Below are positions 16,850-24,250 of a stretch of 64,000 bases of DNA, one piece after another. The DNA is taken from contig SVTR01000004.1 of NCBI GenBank assembly GCA_015063685.1, positions 3,826-67,825 of the forward strand, written 5' to 3'. The translations under genes were made by a program, and so were the position numbers. Under the pieces are notes generated by a model, which saw only the letters and a program-made list of their open reading frames with translations, did no database searches and was not told where the DNA came from. The first letter of the stretch is position 1, and the number at the start of each line of letters is the position of its first letter. Source of the DNA: Oscillospiraceae bacterium. Its GTDB lineage: Bacteria; Bacillota; Clostridia; Oscillospirales; CAG-272.

Positions 16850-19444
16850 TTATTCTTCCTTCTTTTTCTCCATGTCCATCATACCGAGCTGATCGCCCAG
16901 AATGACCAGCTTGCCCTCGTCATCCTTCACGTAGTAGTAGCTGGTGCCGCCGTGGACGTTGGGCTGTTTCTCATTGAGGTACTTGTAGTGCCGCTCCATG
17001 CCGTCCTCTATGGGCATATACCCCTCGCCCGTGCCCTCATAGGACACCAGATCGTAGATGCGAATATCCTCGTAGGAGGTGACATAGGTGATGATGCGTA
17101 CAAGACCGATACCGGGGGCGAAGAAGTAGTCCTTATCAGTGTTCTGATAGGTGATGCCGGGACTCTCGTTCTGGCTGGTACGGGCGCGGATGCGGAGACA
17201 GTTTTCAAAGGTGCCGAGGGTGGTGGTCACCGTCTCTCCGCTGTATACGCGGCCGTAGCCGATAAATTCCTTGCCCTGATCCCAGCGTGCGGGGCGGTGG
17301 AACTGAAATTCCTCGTCACGATCTGCATACTCCAGCCACGCGGGATCCCACAAAGCACCCAAGCCGTTTTGCAGGATGTCGTAGATGAAGTTGATGAGGG
17401 TGGCAAAGCAACCGTTGCGGGTGTTCTTCCACTCAAATTCATAGGTGCGATCGCCGCTGGAGATCGTGAACTTTTCCCCAACTTGGGTAACGGGACAGTA
17501 GGTCAAGAAATTCCACACGCCTTCCTGTTTCGCGTTGGGATTTGCATCTGTATCACTTTGGAAAATGCGGTTCATGACGTTGCGGGATACCTCCGCCACC
17601 TTCTTCTCCCAAGGAGTCTGCGCCAAGGCCACGGCGCGGTCATGGTAGGCAGACACGTCCAACGCCACGTGGTCGCTATAGTAATTGTTACGGGCGTACA
17701 GGAGGTTGTCTCGCCATGAGTTCTCGTCGAAGGGCGTACCGAGAACGTAGTAGCGGTAGGAGAGATAGGCCTTGTTGTCCACCGTAGCCGTGACGGTGGT
17801 ACGGAAGGTGTGCTCATATTCCAGCTCCTCGGAGGTGTAGCTCCAGAAGTTGCCCTCGCAGAGGGGGATCCACCCGTGACCGCCGCAAACCTCGTACTCG
17901 CGCAGGGTGATCTTGCCGAACACCTCACCGTCTTGCTCCTTCCATCCGAAGGCCACCAGGCCGATATTGGGCTTATACCACGCCACGAAAACGGGGGCGG
18001 GGTATCTATCCCGGATGGGATTATAGGTGTGCATCTCTACACAGCCGTGGAAATCTCCGCAGGCAGTGGACACCGTGGCGTCGGTGGACACACAGGTGAG
18101 GGTGATCTTGCCCTCACTGTCGGTCACGCTGTCACCGACCTTCATGGTCTCGTCCAGAATCAGACCGTCCGCACGGGAGGATATCCAGAACGCGGAACCT
18201 GCCCACTTAACGTATGACGGAACATCCATGTAGCGCCGATCAAAGCCCGGCTGTTGACTAAAATACAGCTTGTTTCCGCGAATGATCAACTCCTCGGCGG
18301 TACATTCAAGCAGAAATTTGCTTCTGTCGGACAGCAGCTCTCCCACGCCGTCCATGCCCTCCAGGGTGGACCTGGTGAGTGCGATATACAGGGGATTCTC
18401 CGCGCCTGTCTCCAGCGCCAAGGCAAACTCCTTGCGGGCGTTGTCATAATCTTTGGCCTGAAAATAATCGTAGCCCAGCCAGTAGTGGTGGTAGGCCACC
18501 TCCCCGGGGATGTCGTACTTCAAAAGCTCGGGGATGATGGTGTTGTAAACGTAGTCCACCTTCTCCTTGCCCGAATATTTGTCCTTGCCAAAGCCGATGC
18601 ACAGGGCCAGCACCTCTTTGTTATTGCCCTTGATGGCCGCTTCCTTGAGCTTGGCCCGCATCTCGTCGGTCTTGCCGTCGGACAGATACCAGTAGCCCAG
18701 CTTGAGTACGTCGGCCATGGCGTAAAATTTCTTTTCGGAGTCGGGGAGGCTTTCTACCTGGGACAGCACGTCCTTGTAGTCCTCCTCAAACCCCACCTTG
18801 CTGTTCTTCAGCCGCCACTCCTTGAATTCCTCTACACGGCGCATGACGGCCTCTACCAAAGTTTCATGCTTGTTGTTCTTATCCACGTAACCTAATTCCT
18901 TTCTGATCTGGTCTCGCCCCGCGGACAAGCGGCTCTTGACCGTGCCCTCGGCGAGGCTCATTTTCGTTGCGATGTCGCTCACCGAAAGCCCCTCAAAGTA
19001 ATGAAGACGGATGACCGTACCGATCTTTTCTGACAGCTTTTTCACGCAGTCGCGGAGCAGCTCGGTTTCCAGCTTGTCATCATAGTAGCCCGTGACGTCC
19101 TCGGCCTTCTCCGCCAGATAGTTCTCTACCTCGTCGAAGGGGATGTAGTCCTTGTATCGCTTGGCCAGATTGATGGCGCGGTACTTGGCGATACGGCACA
19201 CCCAATGGCCGAACTTGGCGGCATCCTTCAAGGTGTCCAGGCGTTGCCAGGCGCAGAGAAAGGCATCCTGCACCGCGTCCTCGGCGGTGTGGAGATTTCT
19301 CGTTACGGTTTTGGCCATGAGCAGGGCGGCCTTGCGGTGACGGATCACCAATTCCTCAAAGGCGGCCTCGTCCCGCATAAGGGTCAAGGCGACCAGGGTC
19401 TCATCGGTTTGCTCACGGTAGCTGATGGCATGGTTTTGGTTCAT
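16850..19444 (-). CDS. ECF-like sigma-70 factor fused to a ~670-aa C-terminal domain (TPR-like helical part plus a beta-rich part)
   Basis: Start at MNQNH (ATG 19444, RBS AAGAGGAAAAAG) inside listed ORF 16850..19549. Region 2 AEDAVQDAFLCAWQ and region 4 LSVSDIATKMSLAEGTVKSRLSAGRDQIRKEL are followed by a long extension with no obvious TM segment. Confidence 0.8.
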   Translation of the reverse strand: MNQNHAISYREQTDETLVALTLMRDEAAFEELVIRHRKAALLMAKTVTRNLHTAEDAVQDAFLCAWQRLDTLKDAAKFGHWVCRIAKYRAINLAKRYKDYIPFDEVENYLAEKAEDVTGYYDDKLETELLRDCVKKLSEKIGTVIRLHYFEGLSVSDIATKMSLAEGTVKSRLSAGRDQIRKELGYVDKNNKHETLVEAVMRRVEEFKEWRLKNSKVGFEEDYKDVLSQVESLPDSEKKFYAMADVLKLGYWYLSDGKTDEMRAKLKEAAIKGNNKEVLALCIGFGKDKYSGKEKVDYVYNTIIPELLKYDIPGEVAYHHYWLGYDYFQAKDYDNARKEFALALETGAENPLYIALTRSTLEGMDGVGELLSDRSKFLLECTAEELIIRGNKLYFSQQPGFDRRYMDVPSYVKWAGSAFWISSRADGLILDETMKVGDSVTDSEGKITLTCVSTDATVSTACGDFHGCVEMHTYNPIRDRYPAPVFVAWYKPNIGLVAFGWKEQDGEVFGKITLREYEVCGGHGWIPLCEGNFWSYTSEELEYEHTFRTTVTATVDNKAYLSYRYYVLGTPFDENSWRDNLLYARNNYYSDHVALDVSAYHDRAVALAQTPWEKKVAEVSRNVMNRIFQSDTDANPNAKQEGVWNFLTYCPVTQVGEKFTISSGDRTYEFEWKNTRNGCFATLINFIYDILQNGLGALWDPAWLEYADRDEEFQFHRPARWDQGKEFIGYGRVYSGETVTTTLGTFENCLRIRARTSQNESPGITYQNTDKDYFFAPGIGLVRIITYVTSYEDIRIYDLVSYEGTGEGYMPIEDGMERHYKYLNEKQPNVHGGTSYYYVKDDEGKLVILGDQLGMMDMEKKKEE

Positions 19445-19620
19445 CTTTTTCCTCTTTTCGTGAATGTTCGGTGTTGCTTGTTTTCCTATAGAATGATCGA
19501 CCCATGCTGCGCTGGGGGCGCGGTATGCACACTCCCGTGACACCGCCATCGCAGGTGGCTCTGTCTATATGACAACCGCGCAAGGGAAAAGGTTCGGTTT
19601 GTGGAAAAATTTTGTAAAGG

Positions 19621-20430
19621 GGATTGTTTGTCGGCCAAATCGGGGATGCTTAACTTATGCGAGCCGCATACCCGATGGGCGGTTGGTCAGCTAAATTGTT
19701 GTTTATATTCTTCTCAACTTTTCTCTCCACGGCGAGAGAAAAGTTGCAAAAGAAGCGCCGCTTAGTGCAGAACCTACGGTTCTCCCTAAGAACCCAACTC
19801 CCTCGTGACGCACGCAGACCACAGAGGTGGTCTGCTATTGCGTGTTTCTTGTCAGCCACCGGCGGTGGCTCGCCCCCACGGCGGAGCGCCTCGGGGCTCA
19901 TCGAAAAGCCGATTGACATATTTCTGTTGGTCGAACAAGGGAATGTTCAGGGTCAAGTGGCGAAGCTACAGTTCTGATGGCGAATGGACAAATGTTGTTG
20001 TTTTTCAATCAAACGATTATCTCTCGCCGTGAGAACTATGGATTCGATACTATTTTTCAATATTGAATTTCTTCAAACTCACTAACGCTTTCTGAACGGC
20101 ACGGTATGAGCCTCAAGGCGCTCCGCCGCAGAGGCGGGTTATCGGCGTTGGCTGACACGTGACACGCGATAGCCGCTCCACTCCCCATTGGGGAGCGGCG
20201 TGCGTCACGAGGGAGTTGGGTTCTTAGGGAGAACCGTAGGTTCTGCACTAAGCGGCGTTCTTTTGGAACTTTTCTGCCGCCGTGGGCAGAAAAGTGGAAA
20301 GGATGCTAAACAACAATTTACCTGCTTAACTGCCCATCGCGGGATGCGGTACGCACAGGATGCACTACCCCGAGCGATGGCCGCGGCACGGCCGCTAAGC
20401 AACAATTTATCTGCCTAATCACCCACTATG
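19621..20430. repeat. Nested palindromic non-coding repeat locus A (partial 88-nt-type units flanking long-armed element copy 1)
   Basis: Forward AAATTGTTGTTT at 19693 and a degenerate GGATTGTTTG at 19621. Reverse AAACAACAATTT at 20308 and AAGCAACAATTT at 20397. No credible ORF. Confidence 0.8.
19693..20319 (+). mobile_element. Long-armed palindromic element, copy 1 (L arm ~215 bp, core ~190 bp, R arm ~220 bp)
   Basis: A perfect 60-nt inverted repeat, 19756-19815 against 20198-20257. The core (about 19906-20096) reads the same as in the copy at 53.3 kb. Mobility is inferred only from the copy number. Confidence 0.6.
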
Positions 20431-20448
20431 GGGGACGACCATACAATG

Positions 20449-20478
20449 AAAGCCCGCAGGGTCACACCTTCGGGCTTT
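20449..20478 (-). terminator. Hairpin after the cytidylate-kinase-like gene
   Basis: AAAGCCCG-loop-CGGGCTTT, 15 nt after the stop. The T-tract is weak. Confidence 0.45.
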
Positions 20479-20492
20479 GATTTGATATTCAG

Positions 20493-21107
20493 TTAGTTCT
20501 TCTGCGCCGTATCCTGGATGGCCTTCATGATCAGCTCGGTGCAAAGCTCCTCGCCCAAAAGTCCGCTGTCCAGCGCCATGTGGTAGTTGGTGCAGACGCC
20601 CCACTCACGGTCGGTGTGGAAGCGATAGTAATTGCGACGGCGGTTGTCCTTGTCGCGGAGCCGCTGCTCGGGGGTTTTTTCAGTTTGACCGTAGTTCTTC
20701 AGGATATGGGCCACACGATGCTCCATGTCCGCGTGGATGAACACGTGAAGACAGTCGGCGCGGTCGCGGAGGATGAAATCGGCGCAACGACCCACGATGA
20801 CACAGGGCTCCTTGTCGGCCAGATCCTCAATGACGTGGGTCTGTGCCTCGTATAGCCGCTGATAAACAGAGGGATAACCCAGACTGCCCGCGGTGCTCAT
20901 GGCGAGCTGGAAGAGAAAGCTGTTGGAGTGAGAGGCGTATTCCTCATGCTCCTTGATGAAGTCTTCGGAAAGGCCGCTGGACTTGGCCACCTCGGTGATG
21001 AGCTTGTTGTCATAAAAGGCGATGCCCAATCGGTCGGCAACCAGCTTGGCGATGGTGTGTCCGCCGCTGGCAAACTCACGGCTGATGGTAATGATGCGTT
21101 TTTTCAT
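20493..21107 (-). CDS. Cytidylate kinase-like family protein (P-loop NTPase-like)
   Basis: MKKRIITISREFASGGHTIAKLVADRLG is typical of the cytidylate-kinase-like family. Start at ATG 21107 after GGAG. Confidence 0.8.
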   Translation of the reverse strand: MKKRIITISREFASGGHTIAKLVADRLGIAFYDNKLITEVAKSSGLSEDFIKEHEEYASHSNSFLFQLAMSTAGSLGYPSVYQRLYEAQTHVIEDLADKEPCVIVGRCADFILRDRADCLHVFIHADMEHRVAHILKNYGQTEKTPEQRLRDKDNRRRNYYRFHTDREWGVCTNYHMALDSGLLGEELCTELIMKAIQDTAQKN

Positions 21108-21288
21108 AATAATCTCCATCCCGCCGCCATCGGCGGCGCATATATACTTTGAAATTCGACCGTGTCGCTTTTGCGACAAAATGGATGGGGGGCCCACTTT
21201 AGGGAGAATTGTGCGTGAAACGGCAAATTTCGATTTTGGATCGTCGAACGTTCACGCGGCTCCCTCCTGTTTTCACTTGCATAAGAAT

Positions 21289-21317
21289 ATTATACCATAA
21301 AAAATTCGATTTGACAA
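21289..21317 (-). promoter_or_regulatory. Sigma-A type promoter, giving a ~180-nt leader for the cytidylate-kinase-like gene
   Basis: On the minus strand: TTGTCA, 17 nt, TATAAT, with an upstream TGG. Confidence 0.55.
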
Positions 21318-21341
21318 GGGGGATTTTGGAGATTGACAAAA

Positions 21342-21501
21342 GGGCATCTCTAAAAACTCATCGCACGCCGATATGCGGTGCTTTTTCCGTCATACGTCGC
21401 AAAATTCTTTCGCATAGGGCCAACTATGCGTGCAGATTTTTGTTTAGTCTGACGAAAAAATCCCTCGCATCTCGCCGCACGCTGAGTATTTAGAGATGCC
21501 C
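21342..21501 (+). mobile_element. MITE-like 160-bp element (family B), copy 3
   Basis: Termini GGGCATCTCTAAAAACTCATCGCAC and GCACGCTGAGTATTTAGAGATGCCC. AAAA occurs on both flanks (21338-21341 and 21502-21505). Confidence 0.7.
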
Positions 21502-21568
21502 AAAACTTTATCAAATCCGGGAGATGAATAGTTGGTTCCGATTTTTTATAAATCCTCACGCGAAATTC

Positions 21569-21606
21569 AAAAAAGTGGGGAAGGCTTTCAGTGAAAAGCC
21601 TTCCCC
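21569..21606 (-). terminator. Rho-independent terminator after the EF-G paralog
   Basis: GGGGAAGGCTTT-loop-AAAGCCTTCCCC, followed by ACTTTTTTG on the minus strand. Confidence 0.65.
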
Positions 21607-21618
21607 GCGGTCATCATA

Positions 21619-23667
21619 TTACTGCTGCAGAGCGGCAATGACCTTGCTTGCCACGTTAGCGGGCACCTGGTCGTAGCCGGTCTCGGCAAACTCGAACCAT
21701 CCGCGGCCCTGGGACATAGCGCGCAGGGAGATGGGATAGTCAGCGATCTCGGACTTGGGCACCTGCACCTGAATGGTGGTGTAGCCCACCTTGCCCTCGC
21801 AAGGATTCATGCCCATAACGCTGCCGCGGCGCTTGTTCATGTCACCCATGACGTCACCCACGAGAGCATCGGGAACGGTGACCTCCAGATCGCCAATGGG
21901 CTCCAGAAGCACGGGAGCGGACTGCTCGAGGCACTTCTTGTAAGCCAGGTTAGCGGCGGTCTTGAAGGACATTTCATCAGAGTCAACGGCGTGGAAGCTA
22001 CCGTCGTACAGCTCGGCCTTCAGGCGAACCAGCGGGAAGCCTACGGCACCCTTCAGCATAGCATCCTCCAGACCCTTCTGGACGGCGGGGATGAAGTTCT
22101 TGGGCACGGAGCCGCCAACGGTGGCGTCAACGAAGGTCAGACCCTCGTCCTCACCGGGAGCGAAGCGGATCTTGACGTGACCGTACTGGCCGGAACCGCC
22201 GTTCTGCTTCTTGTGCTTGCCTTCAACGTCGCACTTCTTGGTGATGGTCTCACGGTAAGCGATCTTGGGCTCGTCCAGCTTGATGCTGGTGCCGAAGCGG
22301 GACTTCAGCTTAGCTGCCAGCACGGACAGGTGCATGTCACCGATACCGTAGATCAGCATCTGCTTGGTCTCGGGGTTGTTTTCGTAGCGCAGGGTGAGAT
22401 CCTCCTCCAGCATCTTGGCGATGGCCTGGGAGATCTTGGACTCGTCCTTGGCGGTTTCGGGGGTGATACCCTTGCACATGTAGGGCGTTGCGTACTTGGT
22501 AGGAGCGTACACCGTGTCGCCGCTGATGCGGAGGGTGTCGTTGGTGTTGGTATTGGTCAGCTTTGCGATCATGCCGAGATCACCGCATGCCAGCTCCTCA
22601 ACCTCAACCTGCTCCTTGCCCTTCATGATATAGATGTGAGCCATCTTTTCAGTAGTGCCGGTGCGGACGTTGCGGAGGGCCATATCACGGCGGACAACGC
22701 CGGTCATGACCTTGAAGAAGGACATCTTGCCCACGAAGGGGTCAGCGATGGTCTTGTAAACGAAGATGGCGGGATCGCCTTCCACGTCGATGGCCACGGG
22801 CTTGCCGCCCAGATCCTTCTCCACCTTACGGGCGGTAGGACGGGGGAAGGAGCCTGCGATGGCATCCAGCATGGCAACAACGCCCCACATATTGGTGGCG
22901 GAGCCGCAGTATACGGGCACGATGGTACCCTGAATAATACCGTTGTGGAGGGCTTCCTCGGCCTCTTCCTTGGTGAAGGATTCACCCTCGAAGTACTTCT
23001 CCATCAGATCATCGGAGGTGCCGGCCAGAGCCTCGTTGAGGGCGTCCTTATAGTCGTGAGCGGTCTGCTCCCAGTTGATCTTCATAGCAACGCCGGATCT
23101 CTTGCCCTTGTCGTCGTACTTGAAGGCCTGCATATCAATGAGGTCGATCATGGTGACGTCCTTGCCGGTTTCCACGGGGATGAACACGGGGCAGATGGAC
23201 ACGCCGAAGGTGGCGTGGATCTGGTGGAATACACGGGCAAACTTGGTCTCGGGGTCGTCGCACTTATTGATAAAGAAAGCCTTGGGAATACCGGCGGCAC
23301 AAGCAGCGTCCCACGCAAGCTCGGTACCAACCTCAACGCCTGCCTTACCGTCAACCGTAATGACGGCAGCATCAGCCACGCGGACAGCCTGCTTGACTTC
23401 GCCTGCGAAATCCAGGAAGCCGGGGGTATCCAGCACGTTGATCTTGGTATCCTTCCAAGTCATGTAAGCGGGGGTAGCGGACAGCGTAAAGCCTCTTGCC
23501 TTCTCCTCTGCGTCGTAGTCGCAGACGGTGTTACCCTGGGTAACGTTACCGAGACGGTCGGTACCGCCGGTGGCAAACAGCATTGCCTCAGCCAGAGAGG
23601 TCTTGCCGCTGCCGCCATGACCCAGGAGGGCCAGGTTACGAATTTGCTTGGTGTTGAAATCAGCCAT
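21619..23667 (-). CDS. Elongation factor G family GTPase (EF-G paralog)
   Basis: G1 GHGGSGKTS, G3 DTPG, G4 NKCD, and EF-G domains II-V by length (682 aa). Confidence 0.9.
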   Translation of the reverse strand: MADFNTKQIRNLALLGHGGSGKTSLAEAMLFATGGTDRLGNVTQGNTVCDYDAEEKARGFTLSATPAYMTWKDTKINVLDTPGFLDFAGEVKQAVRVADAAVITVDGKAGVEVGTELAWDAACAAGIPKAFFINKCDDPETKFARVFHQIHATFGVSICPVFIPVETGKDVTMIDLIDMQAFKYDDKGKRSGVAMKINWEQTAHDYKDALNEALAGTSDDLMEKYFEGESFTKEEAEEALHNGIIQGTIVPVYCGSATNMWGVVAMLDAIAGSFPRPTARKVEKDLGGKPVAIDVEGDPAIFVYKTIADPFVGKMSFFKVMTGVVRRDMALRNVRTGTTEKMAHIYIMKGKEQVEVEELACGDLGMIAKLTNTNTNDTLRISGDTVYAPTKYATPYMCKGITPETAKDESKISQAIAKMLEEDLTLRYENNPETKQMLIYGIGDMHLSVLAAKLKSRFGTSIKLDEPKIAYRETITKKCDVEGKHKKQNGGSGQYGHVKIRFAPGEDEGLTFVDATVGGSVPKNFIPAVQKGLEDAMLKGAVGFPLVRLKAELYDGSFHAVDSDEMSFKTAANLAYKKCLEQSAPVLLEPIGDLEVTVPDALVGDVMGDMNKRRGSVMGMNPCEGKVGYTTIQVQVPKSEIADYPISLRAMSQGRGWFEFAETGYDQVPANVASKVIAALQQ

Positions 23668-23830
23668 GGTTGTTCACCTTTGTCCGCACACCGCACCCCG
23701 AGCTCTCCCCGGGACGGGACGGACACCTTTCCTTTTATATTTATATATTTTGGTGATTTGTTAGTTCCGAATCGTGTCTACATGCACAATAAATGCTGAC
23801 AAAACAGAGTTTCATTCGGGCAACATGAGT

Positions 23831-23859
23831 ATTATACAGTATTTTGGCACTTTTTTCAA
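23831..23859 (-). promoter_or_regulatory. Sigma-A type promoter for the EF-G paralog (leader ~160 nt)
   Basis: On the minus strand: TTGAAA, 17 nt, TATAAT, with an upstream TG. Confidence 0.55.
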
Positions 23860-23937
23860 TAGATGAAATGTATCTTTTTGTATAGGTGGTGTAGAAATTA
23901 ACGGCGAATTTTTGTGCAATGAGTATAAAATGTACCC

Positions 23938-23966
23938 TTGACAACGCCTGTAACACATGATATAAT
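23938..23966 (+). promoter_or_regulatory. Near-consensus sigma-A promoter for the small DUF3006-like ORF (and possibly pepF)
   Basis: TTGACA (23938-23943), 17 nt, TATAAT (23961-23966), with an extended TGA. Confidence 0.7.
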
Positions 23967-23993
23967 GGAAGAAAAAGAGGGGAGGGAAGCACT

Positions 23994-24170
23994 GTGACAC
24001 CTAAGGATTATCTGATCGTCAAGATCGAGGGCGAGTACGCCTATCTCCGTGAGATCGGGACTACTGATCCTGAAAAGGACGTCTACATCGCTTTAGCACT
24101 CCTGCCCGCAGGGGTGGACGTGGGGGACAAGCTGCATTATGAGATGTTTACCTACACGGTCATCGAATGA
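23994..24170 (+). CDS. Small protein (58 aa), DUF3006-like; absent from the ORF track
   Basis: GTG start 7 nt after GGAGGG. Translation is MTPKDYLIVKIEGEYAYLREIGTTDPEKDVYIALALLPAGVDVGDKLHYEMFTYTVIE. The IEGEYAxL pattern recalls DUF3006. Confidence 0.55.
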   Translation: MTPKDYLIVKIEGEYAYLREIGTTDPEKDVYIALALLPAGVDVGDKLHYEMFTYTVIE

Positions 24171-24250
24171 CGCTCCGGGACATGGAAGGCGCCGCTCCCT
24201 GCCGCTGCTGTAAATCAATTAGCAGACAATAAACAGAAAGGAACCAATCT

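Noticed and set aside
19906-20096. Self-cleaving ribozyme (hammerhead-like CTGATGGCGAA in the core), or a known large ornate RNA (OLE, ROOL, GOLLD, HEARO)
   Set aside because: The string does not satisfy the CUGANGA...GAAA core with three helices. I could recall no matching conserved blocks for the large RNA classes. This needs cmscan, so I make no assertion.
19693-20319. Invertible promoter switch (inverton) interpretation of arms plus core
   Set aside because: Both copies show the same L arm, core and R arm orientation. The arms are far longer than typical invertase sites, and no invertase or recombinase gene is in the window. Inversion cannot be inferred from a single assembly, so this is kept only as a test in the findings.
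19657-20418. Small ORFs inside the palindromic elements (19657..19977, 19805..20032, 20057..20248, 20188..20418, and the equivalents at 53325..54002)
   Set aside because: They occur as mirror images on both strands of an inverted repeat and lack RBSs. They are Arg/Ser/Leu-rich, and their reading frames are broken differently in the two copies by the hairpin cassettes. I treat them as non-coding.
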